Origin: an uncultured Chloroflexia bacterium
Lineage (GTDB): Bacteria; Chloroflexota; Limnocylindria; Limnocylindrales; CSP1-4
Length of the DNA: 64,000 bases
Reading direction: 5' to 3'
Assembly: GCA_963721765.1 (NCBI GenBank)
Contig: CAVRJP010000002.1
Span: 112,474 to 176,473, forward strand
Shown here: in pieces, positions 27,304-37,490 of the stretch
Position numbering within the stretch: the stretch's first letter is position 1
How the letters are laid out: each line of letters starts with the position of its first letter
Notes under the pieces: model-generated
Databases searched by the model: none
The model's input: the letters and a program-made list of their open reading frames with translations, nothing else
Told to the model about the DNA's origin: nothing
Position numbers and translations under genes: made by a program

Positions 27304-28646
27304 GCGAGCCGGCGAAGCCGAGGCGCCGACCGGCGGGGGCCGCGAAGCCGCTGCCGCAATCGAAGGCGGCCCCGGAGTCGCCGAGGGTTCCGGCGATCAC
27401 GAAGCGCTCCCCCGGAGCCGGGTCCAACGGGGCCCCTGAGTCGACGGCACCGATCCCGACGCCGGCTTCGACGCCAAAGCCCGCGGCGAAGCCGAAGGCC
27501 GCAGCGAAGCCGAAGCCCGCAGCGAAGCCGAAGCCCGCGGTCGGCCCAGCCAAGCCGCTCGCGGCCGAGGCGTCGAAGCCGCGACGCAAACCCCGCTATC
27601 CCGCCACGCCCGCCAAAGCCGTAGCGCGCGCGAAGGGCGTCCGGATCGAGAACGCCGGCGGGCCGGGCCGAATCTGGATCTCGGGCGCCACCGGGTTCGT
27701 CGGCATGGCGGTGGTACGCGTGCTGCGGACGCGCGGCGACGAAGTGATCGCGCCGGTTCGGGACCGCCGGCGCGCGATGGAGCTGCTCGACATGGGCGTC
27801 ATCGTGCTCGAGGACGACCTCACGGACGTCAACCAAATCGCCGAGTCGATGCGCGATGTGGATGGCGTGATTCACGCCGCCGGCAGCTATCGAGTGGGCA
27901 TGTCGCGGGCCGAGCGCGGCGCGATGTGGGACGCGAACATCGGGACAGCCACCCGCGCGCTCGACGCCGCCGAGGCGGCCAATGTCCCGCGAATTGTTTA
28001 CGTCTCCACCGTGGGAATCTTCGGCAACACTCACGGGCAGGTCGTCGACGAGACCTATCGACGCAACATCCGCGACGGATTCGTGAGCTGGTACGACGAG
28101 ACGAAGTTCGGCGCTCATGAGGTCGTGCTGCAGCGTTCTCGCGCCGGAGCGCCGATCGTCGCGGTGCTCCCAAGCCAGGTGTATGGTCCTGGCGACCACT
28201 CGACCGTCGGTGAACAGCTCGCCCTCGCGCATTCCGGCAAGCTGCCTTACCGCGCGCTCGAGGACGTTGGGCTTGGGTTCGTGCACGTCGATGACCTTGC
28301 CGTCGGGATCGTCGCGGCCTTCGATCGCGGAACGGTGCCCGGCATATACATCCTGACGGGCCCGCGCCACCGCCTCGGAGAGGCGCTCGCGGTCGCCGCT
28401 CGACTCGGAGGAAAGGGACTGCCGCGACTCGCGCTCCCGAACAGCCTGCTTCGGCTGCTTGTGCCCGTCGGCCGGCTGATCGGTCAGCCGAACCTGCGGG
28501 AGATCGTCAGCGCGTCGGCAGGTATCACGTACTGGGCGTCCAACGAGCGCGCGAGGGAAGAGCTCGACTTCCGGCCCCGCGAGCTCGAGGACGGCCTCCG
28601 CGACACGTTCGAGGCGCTCGCCGACCGCGCTTACACTCGATCCTGA
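27300..28646 (+). CDS. NAD-dependent epimerase/dehydratase (SDR) with an in-frame Lys/Pro/Ala-rich N-terminal extension; start codon unresolved
   Basis: The ORF track starts at ATG 27705, but the Rossmann motif ([12 protein letters not shown], 27672-27704) lies upstream in the same frame. That frame stays open back to a stop at 27252-27254 with no ATG, GTG or TTG. CTG at 27300 overlaps the E2 stop (CTGA). The SDR catalytic YDETK motif is present downstream. Confidence 0.55.
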   Translation: MSEPAKPRRRPAGAAKPLPQSKAAPESPRVPAITKRSPGAGSNGAPESTAPIPTPASTPKPAAKPKAAAKPKPAAKPKPAVGPAKPLAAEASKPRRKPRYPATPAKAVARAKGVRIENAGGPGRIWISGATGFVGMAVVRVLRTRGDEVIAPVRDRRRAMELLDMGVIVLEDDLTDVNQIAESMRDVDGVIHAAGSYRVGMSRAERGAMWDANIGTATRALDAAEAANVPRIVYVSTVGIFGNTHGQVVDETYRRNIRDGFVSWYDETKFGAHEVVLQRSRAGAPIVAVLPSQVYGPGDHSTVGEQLALAHSGKLPYRALEDVGLGFVHVDDLAVGIVAAFDRGTVPGIYILTGPRHRLGEALAVAARLGGKGLPRLALPNSLLRLLVPVGRLIGQPNLREIVSASAGITYWASNERAREELDFRPRELEDGLRDTFEALADRAYTRS

Positions 28647-29701
28647 TGCAACGCGAGCTCCCGATCTTCGAGCCAGCCTCCGGCGCGGGCCATCACCCGC
28701 CCGCGGAGCCGATCACGATCGCGATGGGCGGCGGCGCGTTCGGGGCCGCGGCCGACGGATCGATGGCGCTGCGCCGCCACCCGGAGTGGATCAAGGCAAA
28801 GCTGCCGTCGGGCGAGAACTACCACGACCTCAAGCGGTTGCTCCGCGGCCTGAACCTCAACACGGTCTGCGAGGAGGCCCATTGCCCGAACATCGGGGAG
28901 TGCTGGGATCAGCGCACCGCCACGATCATGATCCTCGGCGACACATGCACCCGCGCGTGCGGCTTCTGCAACGTGAAGACTGGTCGACCGACCTGGTTCG
29001 ACGACGACGAGCCCCGCCGCGTCGCCGAGGCGATCGGCCAGCTTGGGCTGGAGCATGTCGTCGTAACGTCCGTCGCGCGCGACGACCTGCCGGATGGCGG
29101 CGCCCACGTCTTCGCCGACACGATCCGGCTCCTACGGGAGCGCGTGCCGGGCATGGGCGTCGAGGTGCTCATCCCCGATTTCAACGGTGAAGAGGCGCCG
29201 CTGCGCGACGTCATGGCCGCTCGGCCGGACATCCTGAACCACAACCTCGAGACGGTTCGAAGGCTCCAGAAGCCTGTCCGCAAGCGCGCGCGCTGGGATC
29301 GTTCGCTGGGTGTCCTGTCGCGGGCCAAGGAGTACGCCGCCGAGACGCCGTACGCGGTGCACACCAAGAGCTCGCTGATGGTGGGCTTGGGCGAGACCCG
29401 AGACGAGCTGCGAGAAGCGTTCGATGCGCTCCGCGAGGTCGATACCGACATCCTCACGATCGGTCAGTACCTGCGGCCATCGCTCAACCACCTCGCGGTC
29501 GAGCGCTACTACCACCCCGACGAGTTCGCCGAGATGAAGGCCGAGGCGGTCGGGCTCGGCTTCAAGCACGTCGAATCGGGCCCGCTCGTCCGATCCAGCT
29601 ACCACGCCCGCGATCAAGTGCCCGGCGCCGAGCTCAAGGCCATGCGCCGCCGGCAGGCGACCATCGATGCCGAGGGCAGGATCGTCCCGCTCGCCGGCTG
29701 A
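28646..29701 (+). CDS. lipA: Lipoyl synthase
   Basis: Auxiliary cluster motif [12 protein letters not shown] and radical SAM motif CTRACGFC. The ATG overlaps the SDR stop (TGATG). Confidence 0.92.
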   Translation: MQRELPIFEPASGAGHHPPAEPITIAMGGGAFGAAADGSMALRRHPEWIKAKLPSGENYHDLKRLLRGLNLNTVCEEAHCPNIGECWDQRTATIMILGDTCTRACGFCNVKTGRPTWFDDDEPRRVAEAIGQLGLEHVVVTSVARDDLPDGGAHVFADTIRLLRERVPGMGVEVLIPDFNGEEAPLRDVMAARPDILNHNLETVRRLQKPVRKRARWDRSLGVLSRAKEYAAETPYAVHTKSSLMVGLGETRDELREAFDALREVDTDILTIGQYLRPSLNHLAVERYYHPDEFAEMKAEAVGLGFKHVESGPLVRSSYHARDQVPGAELKAMRRRQATIDAEGRIVPLAG

Positions 29702-29786
29702 GGTCTGGCTCCCGTCGTCAGGCGGTGCGTGTCGATCAACTACGAGCCTATTTGCTGGTAAGCGTCACCCGGCCTGGAATCGATGT

Positions 29787-29937
29787 CACCCACGAACGAC
29801 GCTCGTGCTATCCAGCTTCCGCGCACCTTTGGCCGCATTCCCGGCCCGAGTCGAGCATGGGACCCGGGCGGACGGGGCTGAAAATCGAGCTGCGGCCTGA
29901 CAATCCGTGGATACCACGAGTGTGGTTGCTGGTTGAC
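29787..29937. repeat. Copy 2 of the ~150-170-nt intergenic repeat with 17-nt imperfect terminal inverted repeats
   Basis: GACGCTCGTGCTATCCA (29798-29814) and TGGATACCACGAGTGTG (29908-29924) are offset by 94 nt, exactly as in copy 1. An extra half-site-like copy (CTACGAGCCTATTTGCTGGTAAGCG) lies at about 29739-29765. Confidence 0.65.
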
Positions 29938-30030
29938 GCGCGGAGCGTGGAGCATCCAGCAGCTCCTCGATCGCACGATCGGGGTTTGCGGGACTCCGTC
30001 CACCCGTGTGGTCTCCAAGCGGGTTGTCTC

Positions 30031-30050
30031 AATAGAACGGATGTTCTATT
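30031..30050. promoter_or_regulatory. SOS (LexA) box-like palindrome GAAC-N4-GTTC
   Basis: AATAGAACggatGTTCTATT has perfect 8+8 inverted repeats, is AT-rich, and ends 8 nt upstream of the radical SAM ATG (30059). It matches the Gram-positive/actinobacterial LexA core GAAC-N4-GTTC. Confidence 0.55.
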
Positions 30051-30058
30051 CTTGCCGC

Positions 30059-31102
30059 ATGCGACCGGAGTATCGAGAGGAGCCCTGCCGGTCGGCGCTG
30101 AACCGGGTCAAGGGAATGATGTTCGGGTGGTCGCTGAACCCATACATGGGCTGCGCCCACCAGTGCACGTTCTGCTACGTCCGGGCCTTCGAGAAGCGCG
30201 CGGATCGGCCGTCGGATGACCGATATGGGGCGTCAATTCGGGTGAAGACGAACGTCGTCGAGGTACTTCGGCGCGAGCTGGCACGGCGATCCTGGAAGGG
30301 CGAGGTCGTCGCCATCGGTGCGGCGACCGATCCATACCAGCCAGCCGAGGGTCGATATCGGTTGACCCGGGGCTGCATCGGCGAACTCGCCGAAGCCCGC
30401 AACCCGTTCGCGATCATCACCCGCGGCCCGATGATCGTTCGTGACGTCGACCTCCTGGTCGAGGCGACGCGCTGGGCGAAGGTGTCCGTCACCTTCTCCG
30501 TGCCGACACTGGATCCCGAGATCTGGCGGACGACAGAGCCGAACACGCCGCCGCCTGCGCAGCGATTGGGCGCACTGCGCGTCCTTCGCGACGCCGGGAT
30601 CGAAGCTGGCGTCGGCATGGCCCCGATCCTGCCCGGCCTTTCGGACAATCCCGAGCTGATGGCGGATGTCGTGAAGGCCGCGCGGGACGCCGGTGCGACG
30701 TCGATCTGGACGAATGTGCTCTACCTGCGCCCGGGAACTCGCGAGCACTTCATGAACAGCCTCGCCCGCGATTGGCCCGAGCTCGTGCCGCGCTACGAGC
30801 GCATGTACGCGGGTCGAGCGTACCTGCCGAAGGACCAGGTCGAGCCGGTTCGACGCGAGGTCGCAGAGCTGCGTGATCGGTTCGCCATCAGCGATCCCGA
30901 ACCCGTTGCTCGGTTGGTGGGGACGGTCGCACGATCGAGACCGGTTCGTCGGACGCCGCCGCCTCGCCGCTCGACCACCGATCGAGCAAGGTCGATCGTC
31001 CGTCCCGTCCAGCTCGCGTTGGAGGGCCTCGAGCTCAATCCGGCCGGTAAATCAGGCGCGGTGCGGAACCTGGAGCGAGCCTCGACCGTCCGGGCGGCGT
31101 GA
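30059..31102 (+). CDS. Radical SAM protein, Rv2578c / SplB-like (DNA-repair photolyase COG1533-type)
   Basis: CxxxCxxC motif in MGCAHQCTFCY close to the N-terminus. Conserved ATDPYQP and ITRGP blocks. An alternative ATG at 30041 lies inside the palindrome. Confidence 0.8.
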   Translation: MRPEYREEPCRSALNRVKGMMFGWSLNPYMGCAHQCTFCYVRAFEKRADRPSDDRYGASIRVKTNVVEVLRRELARRSWKGEVVAIGAATDPYQPAEGRYRLTRGCIGELAEARNPFAIITRGPMIVRDVDLLVEATRWAKVSVTFSVPTLDPEIWRTTEPNTPPPAQRLGALRVLRDAGIEAGVGMAPILPGLSDNPELMADVVKAARDAGATSIWTNVLYLRPGTREHFMNSLARDWPELVPRYERMYAGRAYLPKDQVEPVRREVAELRDRFAISDPEPVARLVGTVARSRPVRRTPPPRRSTTDRARSIVRPVQLALEGLELNPAGKSGAVRNLERASTVRAA

Positions 31103-31816
31103 CCAGCGCACAACTGAGTTCGGCGCGGCCAATTCGTCGCGCGTCACGAACGCTCCTGTCGCTCGTCGCGATCGCGGTGCTCTGGGGCTGCGCGACCGCT
31201 CCATCGCCGACCCAACCTGCGGCCACGTCGCCGGCAGCCTCGCCTGGACCGACATCGGCAGGCGCAACGACGCCTCCTTCTGGGTCACCAAGCGCCGTCC
31301 CAGGCGACGCCGTCCTCGGAAGGCCGTCCGGCGGTCGCCTGCATCGATGTCGACGAAGCCGATTGTCGGAGCTACACGGACAGCATCGTTGCCGCCGTCA
31401 TTCAGGCCCGCGGCGCCCCGTTCGCGCTCCAGATCAGGCCGGAATCGGCCGTCGCGGACTTCGTGGACGGCGGCGAGCCGCTGCGGATCACCCTCACCGG
31501 TCCGAACGATCCACCGATCCCGGATGGCGGCTCATCGTGGCTTGGACCATACGAGCCGAGCTCGCCGCGGGTGCTCGGTCCCGGACCGTTCCCGTTCGAG
31601 GTCGGGCACTGCGGGCTCTTCTGGCAGGTCGACTTCGATGGATCGTTCTGGGTGCCGTTCGGGCCGTTCGCCGGCGAGGCGCCCGCCGTCCTCGGATCGG
31701 AGAGCGGCCAGATCCGGCTGCTTGGACCGAACCTCGCCGAGTACGCGGGCGCCGACGGATTTATCGCCAACCTCGTGCGGTTTCCAGGTCCGAAGCACAC
31801 CTTCGGGTGCCGTTGA
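31099..31816 (+). pseudogene. Lipoprotein of unknown family (paralogue 1), interrupted by a +1 frameshift
   Basis: The signal peptide and lipobox (LVAIAVLWGC) and a Pro/Ser/Thr linker are in the frame of ORF 31099. From about 31327-31333 the sense continues in the frame of ORF 31463..31816 (AVACIDVDEADC...GPGPFPFEVGHCGLFWQVDFDGSFW), colinear with the intact paralogue downstream. Span length is 3n+1. Confidence 0.7.
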
Positions 31817-32472
31817 GACCCCGGCTCGCGCTGTTCATGGTCCTCGGCGTCGCTCTCGCCGCATGCTCGCCGACCACGTCGCCGGCGCCGAGCGCGCCGA
31901 CGGTGACGGATGAAGCAGTCCTGCAGGGCCTCGTCCTTGGTTGCATCAGCATCGAGGAGGGCGAGTGCCTGCTCGTGGCGGAGCATGCCGCCGCCGCACT
32001 TCCCGCCGCTCGAGGCCCGGCATTCTCCATCCAGGTTCAGCTCTTCGGGTGCGCGAATGCCGCGCCCTGCCCGCGCACGCTCGCGGCTCGTGAGGGACGG
32101 GCAACGGTCGAGTACGCGGGCGGCGGCGACCCGATCCCGCTGTCTGTCGCCGGGCCGCCGCAGAGCCCCAACGTCCAGCTTGGCGAGGGGACGTGGAGCG
32201 AGCCGGTGCAGGCGTCATCGCCACGGGTCGGCGGAATCGGACCGTTCCCGTTCGAGCTCGGGCACTGCGGGTTGAGCCACGTCGTGGACTTCGACGGCTC
32301 GTTCTGGTTGCCGCTCGGCCAGGTCGATGGCGACGCGTCCGGCATGATCAATGCGGAGCGCGGCCAGATGCTCCTCCTCGGCCCGAACGTCGCCCAGTTC
32401 CAGGGCGAGTCCGGCTTCATCGCCCAGCTCGCCCGCTTCCCCGGCGCCAAGCGCTTCTGGCTCTGCGACTGA
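31813..32472 (+). CDS. Lipoprotein of unknown family (paralogue 2)
   Basis: TTG at 31813 overlaps the upstream stop and gives MRPRLALFMVLGVALAAC (lipobox). It shares GPFPFE(V/L)GHCGL, VDFDGSFW, LLGPN and (R)FPG(P/A)K blocks with paralogue 1. Confidence 0.7.
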   Translation: MRPRLALFMVLGVALAACSPTTSPAPSAPTVTDEAVLQGLVLGCISIEEGECLLVAEHAAAALPAARGPAFSIQVQLFGCANAAPCPRTLAAREGRATVEYAGGGDPIPLSVAGPPQSPNVQLGEGTWSEPVQASSPRVGGIGPFPFELGHCGLSHVVDFDGSFWLPLGQVDGDASGMINAERGQMLLLGPNVAQFQGESGFIAQLARFPGAKRFWLCD

Positions 32473-32503
32473 CGGGACCTAGGTCCGGTATTCTCGGGAG
32501 CAG

Positions 32504-33559
32504 ATGGCACGCACGCTCCCACGAACGACGCCGCTCGCCGAGTTGCATTGCCATCTGGGCGCGGCGGTGACGCCGGCGATCATGTGGGGGATCGCCCACG
32601 CCCAGGGCATCAAGCTCCCGACGAAGGACTACTGGGAGTTTCGCGACCTGATCACGGTCGGGCCGAAGGGCTCCAAGAGCTTTGACGGCTACCTTCAGCT
32701 CTTCCACTGGACGGAGCTGATCCAGAGCTCGCCGTTCGCGGTGGAGCGGTCGGTGTACGAGGTCATCGGCGGCGCGTACCGCAAGAACAACATCACGACC
32801 ATGGAGCTCCGCTTCAACCCCATGAAGCGGAACCGGGGCGGCGAGCAGGACCTCGACCACATCATCGCGGCGGCCGTGCGAGGCATGGACAAGGCGACGC
32901 TCGAGTATCCCGTCAAGCCCGGGCTGATCTTCTGCCTGGACCGGGCGTTTCCCTTCGAGCTCAATGAGATCATCGCCGAGAAGGCCGTCGCGTGGCGGGA
33001 TCGCGGCGTCGTCGGGATCGACATCGCCGGCCCGGAGTCGGCCACGTTCCGCGTCGCGGACTATCGCAAGCTCGTCCGCCGCGTTCGTCAATTCGGCCTC
33101 GGGATCACGGTCCACTCCGGCGAGTCGGGGCCGGTGGAGGAAGTCGCGCGAGTCATCGAGCTGCTGGAGCCGGACCGCATCGGGCACGGCGTGAAGGCCG
33201 CCTACGACCCCCGGGCGATGGCGATGCTCAGCGAGCGCGGCATCGTCCTGGAGATCTGCCCGACGTCGAACCTCAACACGCGCGTCGTCTCGGGCTGGGA
33301 CGAGGTTCGCTGGATCCTCGACACGTTCCGGCGGAACGGCGTGCGCTTCACGATCAGCACCGACGGCCCGGAGATGCTCCAGACGTACATCCGCGACGAG
33401 CTGGCGACATTGGGCCGTCTCGGCATCCTGTCGGTCGAGGAGCAGCAGCAGGCGATGGCGACCGCGATGGCCGCCTCGTTCGTCCCAAACGTCTCGGACG
33501 TCCCCCTAACGCAACGCCGGCCCGCCACCCGCGAGGTCGTCGAGCGCGAAGAGGCCTGA
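32504..33559 (+). CDS. add: Adenosine/adenine deaminase family protein
   Basis: Metal-binding HCHLG near the N-terminus, VHSGES, and TISTDGP near the C-terminus. 351 aa. Confidence 0.85.
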   Translation: MARTLPRTTPLAELHCHLGAAVTPAIMWGIAHAQGIKLPTKDYWEFRDLITVGPKGSKSFDGYLQLFHWTELIQSSPFAVERSVYEVIGGAYRKNNITTMELRFNPMKRNRGGEQDLDHIIAAAVRGMDKATLEYPVKPGLIFCLDRAFPFELNEIIAEKAVAWRDRGVVGIDIAGPESATFRVADYRKLVRRVRQFGLGITVHSGESGPVEEVARVIELLEPDRIGHGVKAAYDPRAMAMLSERGIVLEICPTSNLNTRVVSGWDEVRWILDTFRRNGVRFTISTDGPEMLQTYIRDELATLGRLGILSVEEQQQAMATAMAASFVPNVSDVPLTQRRPATREVVEREEA

Positions 33560-33590
33560 TCGAACGGTGCACCACATCTCTCAAATGAAA

Positions 33591-33613
33591 ACCGCAGGCG
33601 ATGAGCCTGCGGT
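33591..33613. terminator. Perfect 9-bp hairpin between convergent genes
   Basis: ACCGCAGGC (33591-33599) pairs with GCCTGCGGT (33605-33613) across a 5-nt loop, preceded by an A-run and followed by cttgatc. It lies between the add stop (33559) and the minus-strand stop at 33727. Confidence 0.5.
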
Positions 33614-33726
33614 CTTGATCATGGATATCCCTGAATGTCCTGATCCCTGAGACTACTCCAACACCATCTGAACGTTCGCCCCATGCCGTCGGCTGTACGG
33701 ACCGACGTCTTCAGATTGAGGAGGCA

Positions 33727-35370
33727 TCATCCGCCGGGCTCGTGATACAGCTCGAACGAGCCCTTTTCCGTAGTAGGTATGCCCGACACGGCGCCAACCT
33801 TGTCCCATTCCCTTGTCGCATACAGACTGCCGTACTCCATCTCCCAGTCCTCAAGGGCCCAATTCGGTTCGAGCTCTTCAACATGAGAATTGTAGTAGGC
33901 CAGGCTCCAAATCGCGCCAGGCCCGGGGCCAACCTCATCATTCAACCCACAACAATAGTGGTTGGTAACGGTCCCCCGTTCACCCGAAGGGCCCACTGCA
34001 TAAGAAAGCCTCAAGTCCGCGATTCTTGCGTCCGGGTAGTCGCCGTCAACGAGCGGGCCCAGCTCAATGACGGGCAGAATCGTGAGGACTACGATGGTCC
34101 CCCCACCGGGGGTCATCTCGATGCTGGTGTCTTCGAGGTTCTCAGTGACCTCGATACTCGTGTTGATGTATTCACCGTTGCCGCCAATGAAGCCTGTGCC
34201 CGGGTTGTAGCGCAGGATGACCTCCGCTTCCACAGAGGATTCAAAGATGGCAAGCCCTGCATAGTCGGCAGTTGCCGTAGATTCAAGTACCAGTTTGAAC
34301 GTTATGCACTTGATGGTCAGATCGCGGGCCTCAGCCAGCGTTCCCGCGCTGTAAAGCGAACTTTGCGCAACGATGCCGTCGTAGAGTACCCACAGGTCTA
34401 CCCAGGCATGCTGTTCAACGCATTGTTCAAACGCCTCAATGACGCAAACCCGAGCGACCGTATCGTATAAACCCGGATATTGATTTGGCTCATCGCCGGT
34501 CCTGTAGCCCAACAACTGACTTTGGCGGTCATGGCCCAGCACGGTCTCAATCGCCAGCCTGCCAGCCTCACAACTTTCTCCTGCGCCCGCCACGCGCGGC
34601 TGGACCACCTGCTCTTCGTACTCCCTGAATGCCCGCTCGTATTCTCTGATTTGTTCGGGATCTTCACCCTGACTTGCGCCCTGGAGTTGACGTTCACGTT
34701 CAAGCCACAAACTCTCAGCGATCGCACTGCTGAGTCGCCGTCCTGCATCACCACCCAGGTGCCCAGCATCTGTGCCATTCGAGGCGCCATATCCGCTGAA
34801 ATGCAGCACATTGATCTTGATCTCGCTTGAATCAACCACCGGCATAGCCAGGATCACATCTTCGCCCATGGCGAGATAGTCGAAGAAGATCTGTTGATCG
34901 ACCGGGAGTTCTTCGGCTGGGGTGATGGTCAAGATCGCATAGTTCTGCAGGAACAATCCGTTCGGGCTCAACTGAACCGCGTAGGTTTGGTTGCCACCGA
35001 AGGGCATCCCCGAAATGCTTGTAACTGGGCTTAACCCAATCGTGGTGTCGACGAGCAGGGCATCCGCTGGGACGTCCAGCGTATAGACGCTGCCATCCGC
35101 GCCGGTGGCGGTGATGCTGCCGCCTTCTACTGGGATGAGCGCTTCGACCGTTTTGCCGGCTTCCAGTGCGACGGTTACGTTGACGGGCTCTCCGGCTTCG
35201 AATACCCAGCTCAGATCTCCCAGGTCAGTACTCTGCGCAGCAGTTGAGGCAGCAGTTGGAACCGTCGAAGCGGCTGGGTCACTTGTCTGGGGGGTGGCGG
35301 TTGCACTACCGCAGCTGGCAATTGATGAAGCCAGCGCAATCAGAAGGATCGCCTTGACATATCTCTTCAC
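33727..35370 (-). CDS. Large orphan lipoprotein encoded on a low-GC island
   Basis: 547-aa ORF with a GTG start. Signal peptide and lipobox are MKRYVKAILLIALASSIASC. I recognise no family motif. Single-line G+C counts within the gene are 45-52%, against about 75% in flanking genes. Confidence 0.75.
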   Translation of the reverse strand: MKRYVKAILLIALASSIASCGSATATPQTSDPAASTVPTAASTAAQSTDLGDLSWVFEAGEPVNVTVALEAGKTVEALIPVEGGSITATGADGSVYTLDVPADALLVDTTIGLSPVTSISGMPFGGNQTYAVQLSPNGLFLQNYAILTITPAEELPVDQQIFFDYLAMGEDVILAMPVVDSSEIKINVLHFSGYGASNGTDAGHLGGDAGRRLSSAIAESLWLERERQLQGASQGEDPEQIREYERAFREYEEQVVQPRVAGAGESCEAGRLAIETVLGHDRQSQLLGYRTGDEPNQYPGLYDTVARVCVIEAFEQCVEQHAWVDLWVLYDGIVAQSSLYSAGTLAEARDLTIKCITFKLVLESTATADYAGLAIFESSVEAEVILRYNPGTGFIGGNGEYINTSIEVTENLEDTSIEMTPGGGTIVVLTILPVIELGPLVDGDYPDARIADLRLSYAVGPSGERGTVTNHYCCGLNDEVGPGPGAIWSLAYYNSHVEELEPNWALEDWEMEYGSLYATREWDKVGAVSGIPTTEKGSFELYHEPGG

Positions 35371-35408
35371 ACCAACGCTCGTGGATCATTTGTGTTCATC
35401 GAACGGAT

Positions 35409-35430
35409 CTCCAATCTTTCACGATTGGAG
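35409..35430 (-). terminator. Hairpin downstream of the regulator gene
   Basis: CTCCAATC (35409-35416) pairs with GATTGGAG (35423-35430) across a 6-nt loop. It lies about 15 nt after the minus-strand stop at 35445. There is no clear U-tract. Confidence 0.35.
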
Positions 35431-35444
35431 GACCATACACCCGA

Positions 35445-36167
35445 TCAGTCGGCTGTCGATCCGACCCGGTACGTGCAACACCGATCGCCCGATGCGATAT
35501 GCGACTCGCGCACGACCCCGGATCCGAGGAGCTCCTGGAAGAGGGCGAGCTCGGCCTCGCACGGTGCCTGCGTGCGGCGGGCGATCTTGTCGATCGCGCA
35601 GTTGTGCTCGCGGAGTCGGAGCGATCCGTCGTCGTCGACCAACGCCTCGGCGAGGTAGCCCGCCTCGTCTTGCAGGCCCGCGAGGACGCGCACCCGATCC
35701 TCGAGGGACGCATCCTCCGGTAGGCGCTCGGCCATCCGGCGGCGGGCCCGGTCACCGATCTGGATCCGCCGGGCTGCGAACACCTGCTCGACGAGGTCGT
35801 CGCCACCGACCGCCTCGATCGCCTTGACCAGCCCCGAGGCGAAGCCCCCGTAGTCGGTCGGGAAGAGGCCCTGCGCGTCCGGTGTGACGTCGTACACGTG
35901 TCGGGGCCGGCCGACGCCGTGCTTCTCGGCGGCATGGCTGACGAGCGCGGCGGCCTCGAGCGCGTGGAGCTGCTGCAGGATGCCCGTCCGGCTGGCGCCG
36001 AGCGCGGCGGCGAGGGAATTGGGGGAGCTCGGCCCGGATTGCCGGAGGTGGATCAGGATCGCCCGGCGCAGGGACGACGGGGAAGTCCCGTTGCCGTTCC
36101 GTCGCTCGTCGAGGGGCGGAGTGGAGCCGCCGCCGGTTTCGAGACCGGCCATCGCTGGCTCGGACAT
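35445..36167 (-). CDS. Winged-helix transcriptional regulator (ArsR-like N-terminus, COG2345-type)
   Basis: wHTH segment RRAILIHLRQSGPSSPNSLAAALGASRTGILQQLHALEAAALV plus a ~150-aa C-terminal domain with conserved Cys residues. It is divergent from the acyl-CoA dehydrogenase gene. Confidence 0.7.
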   Translation of the reverse strand: MSEPAMAGLETGGGSTPPLDERRNGNGTSPSSLRRAILIHLRQSGPSSPNSLAAALGASRTGILQQLHALEAAALVSHAAEKHGVGRPRHVYDVTPDAQGLFPTDYGGFASGLVKAIEAVGGDDLVEQVFAARRIQIGDRARRRMAERLPEDASLEDRVRVLAGLQDEAGYLAEALVDDDGSLRLREHNCAIDKIARRTQAPCEAELALFQELLGSGVVRESHIASGDRCCTYRVGSTAD

Positions 36168-36262
36168 GCGGGCGACGCTAGCAGAAATCCATCGCGCCGA
36201 CGCCGCCGGCCGGCCATCGGCGACAAGGTCCGCGAGAGACCCCGACTGGTACGCTCGGGCCG

Positions 36263-37451
<1,189 letters not shown>

Positions 37452-37490
37452 GCGGTTCGATCCGTTCGGTCGGCCCGACGGCGGGGTCGA

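Noticed and set aside
27257-27589. Minus-strand ORF encoding [21 protein letters not shown] repeats
   Set aside because: It is the antisense reading of the plus-strand Lys/Pro/Ala-rich segment. The plus-strand frame has the G/C-biased third positions and runs in frame into the SDR Rossmann motif.
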